Assembly (NCBI GenBank): GCA_032718475.1
Contig: JAUCBJ010000306.1
Location: 1 to 64,000, forward strand
Source of the DNA: Nemertoderma westbladi
Lineage: Eukaryota; Animalia; Xenacoelomorpha
Reading direction: 5' to 3'
Length of the DNA stretch: 64,000 nt
This document shows positions 12,230 to 24,700 of the stretch, one piece after another (the stretch's first letter is position 1; the number at the start of each line of letters is the position of its first letter). Under the pieces are notes generated by a model. The model searched no databases, was not told where the DNA came from, and saw nothing but the letters and a program-made list of their open reading frames with translations. Both the position numbers and the translations under genes were made by a program.

Positions 12230-13256
12230 CAGGGGTGCACAGTAGAGTTGAAACAGAGACCTGTATTTCTTAATCCCCGTAAACCAGAGACCTACCGGGA
12301 TAATTATTTTGAAAAATACCGGAGACCAGAGCCGGAGATCAGAGACTGTGCTTATTTTTCTACTTACATTTGGATTACTCCCCTATAGCACAAACAGGTA
12401 CACATACAGACTGAGAACTATTTTTCTATGGCTGAATTACAGTAAATCCAACCCATGTCAACCCTTACCCATTGCAAGAAAATAAGCGCACGTACAGTTT
12501 GGGGGGCTTAATTAATATTAATTAATATTAATTAATATTAATTTGGTTATTTGCTTATTAATTCGTTGTTATTTTGTTATTGTTAATAATATGTTACATT
12601 AATTTGTTTTGCGCCATAGGTACCAGTACTTTGTTAATTAAAGGCACTTATTTAACAATTGTTCAATACATTTCTATGTACTATAAACTTAGATATTTAC
12701 GAATACTTAGTGCACAGGTATAGTGCTCTACTCGCCCCATTTACAAGCCTCGTTACGCTCGTTCTCTCCATTTGGTCGTCATATTATCTATCCTATAACA
12801 AATTGAATGGAGATCAGCCCTTTCTTTCACTTTTAAACATTATGGGTGCTCAAATTAAGCACCTTTATCCTTAAATAAGAACCATCTTTAGGTGCTAATT
12901 TAACTTAAAATTAAGCGCACCTTAAATTAAATTAACGGTACATTTATTAGAAATAGAAATAGTGTAAAAGTGAATATAATAATTGTGTTGAAGCGGTGTA
13001 TTAAAAATAGTTAAAAATTAAAGAAATAATTAATTGTAAAAAATATGTGAAAAATAATCTTCATTTCACATTTTGTGTTGTACAGGATCTATTTCACATA
13101 CAGGATCTATTTCACATACAGGATCTATTTTTAAATAAAATGTCTGATTTTAATACCCGGGAACCAGAGACCTATCCAGAGACCAAAAAACCGTCCGGAG
13201 AATCCAGAGACTAGAGATCAGTGACAAGTCTCTGTTACAACTCTTGTGCACAGTTG
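12230..13256. mobile_element. Non-autonomous DNA transposon (hAT-like terminus) with subterminal CCAGAGAC repeats
   Basis: Imperfect TIRs GTGCACAGTAGAGTTGAAACAGAGACCTGT and ACAAGTCTCTGTTACAACTCTTGTGCAC. Starts CAGGGGTG, with multiple CCAGAGAC motifs near both ends. No TSD found. Confidence 0.6.
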
Positions 13257-13259
13257 ACA

Positions 13260-13790
13260 AGAAACCTTAATGAAGTGGATGAGGATGGAGCATTGGAGCT
13301 GGAGTTAAACTGGGAACTGGGAAACTCGGAAAACTGGGAGTACAGGGTCGTCGGGAGGAGGGGCGAGAGGAGAATAGTCAAAGTTCCAAGGAGCAAGATA
13401 AAGACGAGGGATCCTCATTCAAAGCTCCGCACTCTGGAAGGAATCTTCGGTCGAGGGAAAGGGGGGGGGGGGGTCGAGTGGGGACGACGAGGTCGTGGAA
13501 CAGTGATTCAGTCGAAACTGATAAATAATAATAGTGATAGGAGAACTCTTAATAACATTGAGGAAACTGTTAGTAAAACTAATGTTAGTAGTAGGACTAG
13601 TAATTCCAATTCTAGTTATAGAGCCTGTCGAGGGGATGATTGTGAAAAAGATGGCGGGAGTAGAGCGAACTCTAATTAATGGTGTGGTGTGAATGATAAT
13701 AATGCAGCTTTATGCAAGTGTTTAAATATCTGCAGAAGCCATCTATTTGTGTCGGTGATTTTAATTTTTCGGATGTTGATTGGGATTAAA
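13260..13790 (+). mobile_element. Degenerate CR1-like LINE fragment (ORF1 end / endonuclease remnant)
   Basis: YRVVGRRGERRIVKV resembles an ORF1 C-terminus; ICVGDFNFSDVDW matches the APE endonuclease GDFN motif. Confidence 0.5.
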
Positions 13791-14025
13791 TTTTCATTTT
13801 CATTAACATTCGATTAGCGGTACCGGTATGGGTATTTTACAGTGCGTTTCCTCTTTGTCAAGTCGAACCACCTGAATTGTGCTTTTGCATTTAGTTTACT
13901 TAGTTAGTATGATAGGCCTATTCTAAATATGGCGTGATTTCGCCCCTTATAATTATTTCACATTAAATTACATTAGATTAATAAATAGAATAAATCTTCT
14001 AGTTGATAACTGATAACCAACTCAC

Positions 14026-15272
14026 CGCCTCTGTTTGACCAACTCCTCGTCCAGTTTGGCCGGGTGTAGATGCGGCCCTTCGTCCTTAATCTTATTGAAC
14101 TGATCCCGAACCTCGTCCCGCCAGTCGGCGCGTCGTTGGCGGTATCGCTCCTCCGAGGTGTGGACAAAGTCGATGGCCGCGATGTCGAGATGCAGGAGGA
14201 TCTGTCGGAAGGAGGGCCGGTTGCGGGCCTTCGGACTCCAGCACTGCGTCATCAACAACTTGAATCCCTCGGGGGAAGATACCGGGATGGGAAGCTGCAG
14301 GTTGTTACTCCCGACTCCCCAGATGATCGCGGAGGAGTCCACGTTCTGGTAGGGGACCTCCCCGGTGAGCAGCTCCCAGAGGACGACCCCGTAGCTGAAG
14401 ATGTCAACCTTCTCATTGCAATTCTCGTTCCGGATCACCTCGGGAGCCATCCAGGCCACGGTACCCGCGAACGACATCTTGGTGCTACGATCGCAGAAGT
14501 GCCGCGCCGCGCCGAAATCCGAGATCTTAATGACGTCGTTGTCGCTGACGAGACAGTTGGGGGACTTTAAGTCGCGATGGACGATCTTGTGGGAGTGCAG
14601 GTAGTTCATCCCGCTGGCTATCTCTCGCGCCCACGACGTCATCAGCACCGGGGGGACCTCGCGGCCCGCGCGGAGTACGTCGAAGAGTTGCCCGTAGGCG
14701 CAGAACTCCATGATGATGCAATAAACAGGGGAGACAGTGCAGACGCCGATGATGTTAACGACGTTGGCATGGCTGAGTTTGCGGAGGTGCTTCACATCGG
14801 TCTCGGCCTTCTCGCGGACTTTCTTCACGGCGATGCTGCGCCCGTTGAGGACGCCATGGAAGACGGCGCCCTGAGCGCCGCTCCCGATCCACTCGAGCTC
14901 CTTGATGGCCTCGAACGGGATCTCCCAATGTTGCCACGGCGACCCGGAGGTCTGATCGGGACGCGGTGCGCGGCTCAGAAAGCCCCACATCGGCCGTAGA
15001 CACCCCCAGAAGCCGCCCAGCAACCCCCGCTGCTCCTGCACCTTAGCGACCTCTAGCGGCGGTGTGGCGCACTCATCCCCCGAACCGGTCTCCAGCTCAA
15101 GATAGCGCTGCTGGCGCGCATCGTCTACCGATAACTTACTCCCGGAGAAGCAATGCTCGTCTACCGGTGGGGTGGAGCATGTCGGCGGGGAACCGGGGGC
15201 GAAACCGTTGATCGGAAGCGAAGAATTAACGCGCGATAATTTCGTTTGGAAAACGTATTTCCCTTCTGGCAT
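14026..15272 (-). CDS. MAP3K13: Dual leucine zipper kinase (MAP3K12/13, DLK/LZK/Wallenda family), first coding exon carrying the whole kinase domain
   Basis: Motifs [76 protein letters not shown] and [15 protein letters not shown]. Donor CG|GTGAGT at 14026 (phase 2) joins the exon starting at 9476. Confidence 0.96.
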
Positions 15273-17002
15273 AATAAGAATGAGTAGCTATGGTATTTCT
15301 AATTATACAGACGCCATCCAAATCCACATTCAACATATATAATTCATGTCACCATCACATCTCTCGAATATAAATAACCTTTTGTTTGATGAAATAAATG
15401 AGTGCCGGTAATAATGGACCAGTTCAGATTATTCACAATGCACTATCTCGAAGGTTAGTAAGCTCAGAAGGCTGCAAGATAAGCGAAGCCTACGGTTGAC
15501 GGTAAAGCTATGTATACTAGGTAGGCCTACCGGTGCGGTCAAACGGGCGCACGCACCTGCTACCTATACCGGTAGTAAAATGAGTAAAAATAAAATAACG
15601 GTATATCGGTAAATATTATTAAGGTAAAATATAGTTACGTTTTTTTGTATTCCTATAGGCCGAGGAAAATAAATTAAGGGGACGACCAGGGACCAGCCCG
15701 CCATCAAAATTTCATGTACCGGTACCCGGTCCGGTACAGCGGTATTTCACAATTAACACACTGACACAATAACGTCAATAACGTATAATTATCTCGAGAT
15801 TGGCTCAACGGATTTTTCTAATTTTTGGTGAGAATGTTGAAATCAATTGTCTCGAGGTGTGGAACCAAAAAAAATCGAAAATTTAAAAAATTACCAAAAT
15901 TATTGAAAAAAATTGAAATTTTAGGCCTATTAATATTTTTTATTTAAAAAATTTATTTAACTAGGCCTACTGAACTACCGGCTGACCAGACTGGAATCCA
16001 TACACTTTGCGCCGGATTAATCCGGCGCACTAGTTATAGTTCATATGCGTAGGCTACCGGTACCACTGGTATTTTCGTATTGCAAAAATAAGACTATAAG
16101 TATGAAATACCGGTACCCTATGTTATTGAGATATTGTTTATTGTTTTGGTTAGAAAAGCCCACCACTGTAACCTGCTCCTTTTCGTTAATTAAGTAATGG
16201 AGATTAGTTTATTGTTTTGGTTAGAAAACACCACCACTGTAACCTGTAACCTGCTTATTTTGCCAGAGGTACGCATATTTACGATATGAACGTATGAACG
16301 ATAACCGAAAATCGTAAAGCGCGCCGGCTTTGGCGTGTGGCGTGGCGCTCCCATAAATAAAAACCGGCGCCGATTTGTTAGTTTACAGGTTTAACAATTA
16401 TGGAAGTGCCTTAATTGCATTAGCTGTTTAAAAATTTCGGCTCGCTTCGCTCGCCTTTCTTTTTCTGTTGTATGGTTCAGTGGTTACAGGGTTAGGCTAC
16501 TGTTGTATACAGGTATAGGGCAGCAGGGACTGGCAGTTAGGTACAATGGCCAAATCTGGCAATGATTGTGATTGCCATATTTGGCAACCAAGCAAAATCT
16601 GGCTACATTTCTGATTGCCTGATTTGGCAACTAGGCTATATAAAGCCGCTGTTGCCATATTTGGCAACTTAACTAACTCATTGAATAAGGTTCTGCGTCA
16701 TTAAGTCCTTCTATGGTCATTCCTTAGATCCTGAAATGTTAGGCCTAAGGCAGTAAGGGGTAGCAGGGTAGGGCCAGGTTATACGGTAGGCCTACTTATA
16801 GGACCGCTAGTGGCATATTCTAACTAATACCTGAATACAGCAATATATCCAGATATTCGAATAAATGAGGTGAGAATGAGAGTCAATAACACAAACTGAC
16901 AAACACAGGCTGACATATGCAGTTTGGGGTACCTACACCTGTACAGTGTACACGGCCATTGGATTTTTATGCTGTATGAAACTCGCTGGTTTCAGTAGTG
17001 GC

Positions 17003-17139
17003 GGCCTCAACCCTAATTAAAACTGTCATGTAACCCTAACCCTAAGTCATAATCTAAGAAATTTAGCGGAATTTCTGACATTATGACTTAGGGTTAGGGT
17101 TACATGACAGTTTTTTAATTAGGGTGTAGGGTTGAGGCC
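17003..17139. repeat. Short palindromic (MITE-like) element containing CCCTAA/TTAGGG motifs
   Basis: GGCCTCAACCCTAATTAAAACTGTCATGTAACCCTAACCCTAAGTCATAAT ... ATTATGACTTAGGGTTAGGGTTACATGACAGTTTTTTAATTAGGG...GTTGAGGCC. Confidence 0.75.
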
Positions 17140-17422
17140 TGACCAACTAACCCTAACCAAAATAATAAACCAAACCATCTTTACAAGAATAAATGGTTAT
17201 GATAGGCCTCTGACAGTATGACAGTGTACCGGTAACTGTCTGACTAAACTGCTAAAGGTGGTACACAACAGTACTGCAGTACAAGTAAGAAAAAGTGTAG
17301 GTACCGGAAACTGCCTGACTGCATTGAGCCGTAAGTATGTACCGGTGGTCAAAATCAAAAACACCCTGTGGAAATTGAGAAGTCAAAATTGAATTGGTTT
17401 TGCGTATTCGCTGTAGCGTAGT

Positions 17423-18751
17423 CTTTAACTTTAACTTTAACTTTTATTAAACTATTCCCACACAAATATTGATATTAAATGATATAATAATGCATGCACA
17501 ACACAATAATATGAACTGATAGAAACAAGCTATTATTATTAATAATATAGTATTTAATTACATTGTGAATTTAAAATAATTGAATTAGACTTGCGTGGCT
17601 GGTGCCTGCACGGAGGATCCCATTATTTCAGACACCAGTTTAAACAAACAAACAATATACATACAGTAGAGAAAAAAAACATTATACAATTCTTAAAATG
17701 GGCCTACAAAAAACTTACTGTTGCGACAAAACTAATTATAATACGTACAGTAATATGTTTAAATGTATTATTGATACATAGAATAACAATAACTAGCAGA
17801 ATATAGAAAACAAGTGAAATGTATAATAACTAAATGATTAACAATAACTAGCGGAATATAGAAAATTGATACTTACGTTGTAGTTATAGTAGTACCCCTT
17901 AAGAAATTATTTAATTTGTACTTAAATTGTAATAATCCGCTAGACTGTCGCACTGCAAGAGGTAGACCATTCCAAATTACTGGTGCTAGAGAGTAAATAG
18001 ATTGAGTTCGGATTTTTAGCCTATTTCGTAGACGTAACGCGTTTTGAGATTGTGAGGATCTTGTCTCATGGGTGTGTACATTTGAAACGGGTGTTAATAG
18101 GTCGAGCAATATCCCATGGGGGTTATATTACGGATAGACTTAAAGGAGAGGATAGCTACTTGTTGAGTAAAAATGTGATTAAGTGTAGGTGGTGAAAAAT
18201 TAAGATCGCGATGTTGAATTATTGAAATAATTTTATGTTGGTGTTTTTGCAATTTAAAAATGTTTGTTATTGAAACAACATCATAAACTTTTCGCCTCCT
18301 CCTCCTTCTGTGTCTAAATGTTGATCTGGTGTAACTGGGTACTAGTTGTTCAGTATTGTCCATTATGGATTTACCCCAAACTACCGTACAGTAACTTAAG
18401 TATGGATGGACCAGTGCGTAGTATAGAGCTGCTAAAGATTCTGTAGTCATAAATGATTTTACCTTGTTTATAACACCTATATTTTTACTAATTTTCATAC
18501 TTATTTGGTGTAGATGGTACTTCCAGTTTAGTCGCTCATCTATGTGTACACCAAGGAATTTGGCCACCTTTACTCGAGTAATATCAATGTTATTAATGTG
18601 AATTGGAGTTGATGGACTGATGATCCGGTTGCTTGTATTGAATATAATATAGTTTGTTTTGCTGATATTCAAGGATAGGCGATTGACACAAAACCATTTT
18701 TGGAGATTTTGTAATTCAGAGTTCGTACTGGCAATCAGGTTATCAATATTA
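17423..18751 (-). mobile_element. 3' part of a CR1-group (L2/Crack-like) LINE with 3' UTR and microsatellite tail
   Basis: Motifs NSELQNLQKWFCVNRLSLNISKTNYIIF, KFLGVHIDERLNWKYH, LYYALVHPYLSYCTVVWG, HTHETRS and APVIWNGLP. Tail AATAAA followed by AAAGTT repeats at ~17423-17450. Confidence 0.9.
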
Positions 18752-21700
18752 TTAACTGACAACTTATGTGAACTGTACTTAACTGACAACTTATGTGAAC
18801 TGGACTTAACTGACAACTTAAGTGAACTGTACTTAACTGACAACTTAAGTAAACTGGACATAACTGACAACTTAAGTGAACTGTACTTAACTGACAACTT
18901 AAGTAAACTGGACTTAACTGACAACTTAAGTGAACTGTACTTAACTGACAACTTAAGTGAACTGGACTTAACTGACAACTTAAGTAAACTGGACTTAACT
19001 GACAACTTAAGTGAACTGTACTTAACTGACAACTTAAGTAAACTGGACTTAACTGACAACTTAAGTGAACTGGACTTAACTGACAACTTAAGTGAACTGG
19101 ACTTGACAAAAAACTTAAGTGAGCTGGACTTAACTGACAACTTAAGTGAACTGTACTTAACTGACAACTTAAGTGAACTGGACTTAACTGACAAACTAAG
19201 TGAACTGTACTTAACTGACAACTTAAGTAAACTGGACTTAACTGACAACTTAAGTGAACTGGACTTAACTGACAACTTAAGTGAACTGGACTTAACTGAC
19301 AACTTAAGTGAACTGGACTTAACTAACAACTTAAGTGAACTGTACTTAACTGACAACTTAAGTGAACTGGACTTAACTGACAACTTAAGTGAACTGTACT
19401 TAACTGACAACTTAAGTAAACTGGACTTAACTGACAACTTAAGTGAACTGGACTTAACTGACAACTTAAGTGAACTGGACTTGACAAAAAACTTAAGTGA
19501 ACTGTACTTAACTGACAACTTAAGTGAACTGTACTTAACTGACAGCTTAAGTAAACTGCACATAACTGACAACTTAAGTGAACCGTACTTAACTGACAAC
19601 TTAAGTAAACTGGACTTAACTGACAACTTAAGTGAACTGTACTTAACTGACAACTTAAGTGAACTGGACTTAACTGACAACTTAAGTAAACTGGACTTAA
19701 CTGACAACTTAAGTGAACTGGACTTAACTGACAACTTATGTGAACTGGACTTAACTGACAACTTAAGTGAACTGTACTTAACTGACAACTTAAGTGAACT
19801 GGACTTAACTGACAACTTAAGTGAACTGGACTTAACTGACAACTTAAGTGAACTGGACTTGACAAAAAACTTAAGTGAACTGTACTTAAATGACACTTAA
19901 CTGACAACTTAAGTGAACTGTACTTAACTGACAACTTAAGTGAACTGTACTTAACTGACAACTTAAGTGAATTGTACTTAACTGACAACTTAAGTGAACT
20001 GTACTTAACTGACAACTTAAATGAAATGTACTTAACTGACAACTTAAGTGAACTGGACTTAACTGACAACTTAAGTGAACTGGACTTGACAAAAAACTTA
20101 AGTGAACTGTACTTAACTGACAACTTAAGTGAACTGGACTTAACTGACAACTTATGTGAACTGGACTTAACTGACAACTTAAGTGAAATGTACTTAACTG
20201 ACAACTTAAGTGAACTGGACGTAACTGACAACTTAAGTGAACTGGACTTAACTGACAACTTAAGTGAACTGGACTTGACAAAAAACTTAAGTGAACTGTA
20301 CTTAAATGACACTTAACTGACAACTTAAGTGAACTGTACTTAACTGACAACTTAAGTGAACTGTACTTAACTGACAACTTAAGTGAATTGTACTTAACTG
20401 ACAACTTAAGTGAATTGTACTTAACTGACAACTTAAGTGAACTGTACTTAACTGACAACTTAAATGAAATGTACTTAACTGACAACTTAAGTGAACTGGA
20501 CTTAACTGACAACTTAAGTGAACTGGACTTGACAAAAAACTTAAGTAAACTGGACTTAACTGACAACTTAAGTGAACTGGACTTAACTGACAACTTAAGT
20601 GAACTGGACTTGACAAAAAACTTAAGTGAACTGGACTTAACTGACAACTTAAGTGAACTGTACTTAACTGACAACTTAAGTGAACTGGACTTAACTGACA
20701 ACTTAAGTGAACTGTACTTAACTGACAACTTAAGTAAACTGGACTTAACTGACAACTTAAGTGAACTGTACTTAACTGACAACTTAAGTGAACTGGACTT
20801 AACTGACAACTTAAGTAAACTGTACTTAACTGACAACTTAAGTGAACTGGACTTACTTAACTGACAACTTAAGAGAACTGGACTTAACTGACAACTTAAG
20901 TGAACTGGACTTGACAAAAAACTTAAGTGAACTGGACTTAACTGACAACTTAAGTGAACTGTACTTAACTGACAACTTAAGTGAACTGGACTTAACTGAC
21001 AACTTAAGTGAACTGTACTTAACTGACAACTTAAGTAAACTGGACTTAACTGACAACTTAAGTGAACTGGACTTAACTGACAACTTAAGTGAACTGGACT
21101 TGACAAAAAACTTAAGTGAACTGGACTTAACTGACAACTTAAGTGAACTGTACTTAACTGACAACTTAAGTGAACTGGACTTAACTGACAACTTAAGTGA
21201 ACTGTACTTAACTGACAACTTAAGTAAACTGGACTTAACTGACAACTTAAGTGAACTGGACTTAACTGACAACTTAAGTGAACTGGACTTGACAAAAAAC
21301 TTAAGTGAACTGTACTTAAATGACACTTAACTGACAACTTAAGTGAACTGTACTTAACTGACAACTTAAGTGAACTGTACTTAACTGACAACTTAAGTGA
21401 ATTGTACTTAACTGACAACTTAAGTGAACTGTACTTAACTGACAACTTAAATGAAATGTACTTAACTGACAACTTAAGTGAACTGGACTTAACTGACAAC
21501 TTAAGTGAACTGGACTTGACAAAAAACTTAAGTGAACTGTACTTAACTGACAACTTAAGTGAACTGGACTTAACTGACAACTTATGTGAACTGGACTTAA
21601 CTGACAACTTAAGTGAAATGTACTTAACTGACAACTTAAGTGAACTGTACTTAACTGACAACTTAAGTGAACTGGACGTAACTGACAACTTAAGTGAACT

Positions 21701-24700
21701 GGACTTAACTGACAACTTAAGTGAACTGGACTTGACAAAAAACTTAAGTGAACTGTACTTAAATGACACTTAACTGACAACTTAAGTGAACTGTACTTAA
21801 CTGACAACTTAAGTGAACTGTACTTAACTGACAACTTAAGTGAATTGTACTTAACTGACAACTTAAGTGAACTGTACTTAACTGACAACTTAAATGAAAT
21901 GTACTTAACTGACAACTTAAGTGAACTGGACTTAACTGACAACTTAAGTGAACTGGACTTGACAAAAAACTTAAGTGAACTGTACTTAACTGACAACTTA
22001 AGTGAACTGGACTTAACTGACAACTTATGTGAACTGGACTTAACTGACAACTTAAGTAAACTGGACTTAACTGACAACTTAAGTGAACTGGACTTAACTG
22101 ACAACTTAAGTGAACTGGACTTAACTGACAACTTAAGTGAACTGGACTTGACAAAAAACTTAAGTCAACTGGACTTAACTGAAAACTTAAGTGAACTGGA
22201 CTTAACTGACAACTTAAGTGAACTGGACTTGACAAAAAACTTAAGTGAACTGTACTTAAATGACACTTAACTGACAACTTAAGTGAACTGTACTTAACTG
22301 ACAACTTAAGTGAACTGTACTTAACTGACAACTTAAGTGAACTGTACTTAACTGACAACTTAAGTGAACTGGACTTAACTAACAACTTAAGTGAACTGGA
22401 CTTAACTGACAACTTAAGTGAAGTGGACTTGACAAAAAACTTAAGTGAACTGGACTTAACTGACAACTTAAGTGAACTGGACTTAACTGACAACTTAAGT
22501 GAACTGGACTTGACAAAAAACTTAAGTGAACTGCACTTAAATGACACTTAACTGACAACTTAAGTGAACTGTACTTAACTGACAACTTAAGTGAACTGTA
22601 CTTAACTGACAACTTAAGTGAACTGGACTTAACTGACAACTTAAGTGAACTGGACTTAACTGACAACTTAAGTGAACTGTACTTAACTGACAACTTAAGT
22701 AAACTGGACTTAACTGACAACTTAAGTGAACTGGACTTAACTGACAACTTAAGTGAACTGGACTTAACTGACAACTTAAGTGAACTGGACTTAACTGACA
22801 ACTTAAGTGAACTGTACTTAACTGACAACTTAAGTGAACTGGACTTAACTGACAACTTAAGTGAACTGGACTTAACTGACAACTTAAGTGAACTGGACTT
22901 GACAAAAAACTTAAATGAAATGTACTTAACTGACAACTTAAGTGAACTGGAATTAACTGACAACTTAAGTGAACTGGACTTAACTGACAACTTAAGTGAA
23001 CTGGACTTGACAAAAAACTTAAGTGAACTGTACTTAAATGACACTTAACTGACAACTTAAGTGAACTGTACTTAACTGACAACTTAAGTGAACTGTACTT
23101 ACTGACAACTTAAGTGAACTGTACTTAACTGACAACTTAAGTGAACTGTACTTAACTGACAACTTAAGTGAATTGTACTTAACTGACAACTTAAGTGAAC
23201 TGTACTTAACTGACAACTTAAATGAAATGTACTTAACTGACAACTTAAGTGAACTGGACTTAACTGACACCTTAAGTGAACTGGACTTGACAAAAAACTT
23301 AAGTGAACTGTACTTAACTGACAACTTAAGTGAACTGGACTTAACTGACAACTTATGTGAACTGGACTTAACTGACAACTTAAGTGAAATGTACTTAACT
23401 GACAACTTAAGTGAACTGTACTTAACTGACAACTTAAGTGAACTGGACTTAACTGACAACTTAAGTGAACTGGCCTTAACTGACAACTTAAGTGAACTGT
23501 ACTTAACTGACAACTTAAGTGAACTGGACTTAACTGACAACTTAACTGAACTGTACTTAACTGACAACTTAAGAGAACTGGACTTAACTGACAACTTAAG
23601 TGAACTGTACTTAACTGACAACTTAAGTAAACTGGACTTAACTGACAACTTAAGTGAACTGGACTTAACTGACAACTTAAGTGAACTGTACTTAACTGAC
23701 AACTTAAGTGAACTGTACTTAACTGACAACTTAAGTGAACTGTACTTAACTGAAAACTTAAGTGAACTGTACTTAACTGACAACTTAAGTGAATTGTACT
23801 TAACTGACAACTTAAGTGAACTGTACTTAACTGACAACTTAAGTGAACTGGACTTGACAAAAAACTTAAGTGAACTGTACTTAACTGACAACTTAAGTGA
23901 ACTGTACTTAACTGACAACTTAAGTGAACTGGACTTAACTGACAACTTAACTGAACTGTACTTAACTGACAACTTAAGTGAACTGGACTTAACTGACCAC
24001 TTAAGTGAACTGGACTTAACTGACAACTTAAGTGAACTGTACTTAACTGACAACTTAAGTGAACTGGACTTAACTGACAACGTAAGTGAACTGGACTTAA
24101 CTGACAACTTAGTGAACTCTACTTAACTGACAACTTAAGTGAACTGTACTTAACTGACAACTTAAGTAAACTGGACTTAACTGACAACTTAAGTGAACTG
24201 GACCTAACTGACAACTTAAGTGAACTGGACTTAAGTGAACTGGACTTAACTGACCACTTAAGTGAACTGGACTTAACTGACAACTTAAGTGAACTGTACT
24301 TAACTGACAACTTAAGTGAACTGGACTTAACTGACAACTTAAGTGAACTGGACTTAACTGACAACTTAAGTGAACTGTACTTAACTGACAACTTAAGTGA
24401 ACTGGACTTAACTGACAACTTAAGTGAACTGGACTTAACTGACAACTTAAGTGAACTGGACTTAACTGACAACTTAAGTGAACTGTACTTAACTGACAAC
24501 TTAAGTAAACTGGACTTAACTGACAACTTAAGTGAACTGGACTTAACTGACAACTTAAGTGAACTGTACTTAACTGACAACTTAAGTGAACTGGACTTAA
24601 CTAACAACTTAAGTGAACTGGACTTAACTGACAACTTAAGTGAAGTGGACTTGACAAAAAACTTAAGTGAACTGGACTTAACTGACAACTTAAGTGAACT

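Noticed and set aside
10208-12388. 650-720 aa repetitive ORFs on both strands
   Set aside because: A 57-bp unit lacking stops in several frames, with no synonymous variation, lying in a kinase intron.
14070-15003. Overlapping ORFs on the kinase exon
   Set aside because: Shadow frames of a GC-rich coding exon.
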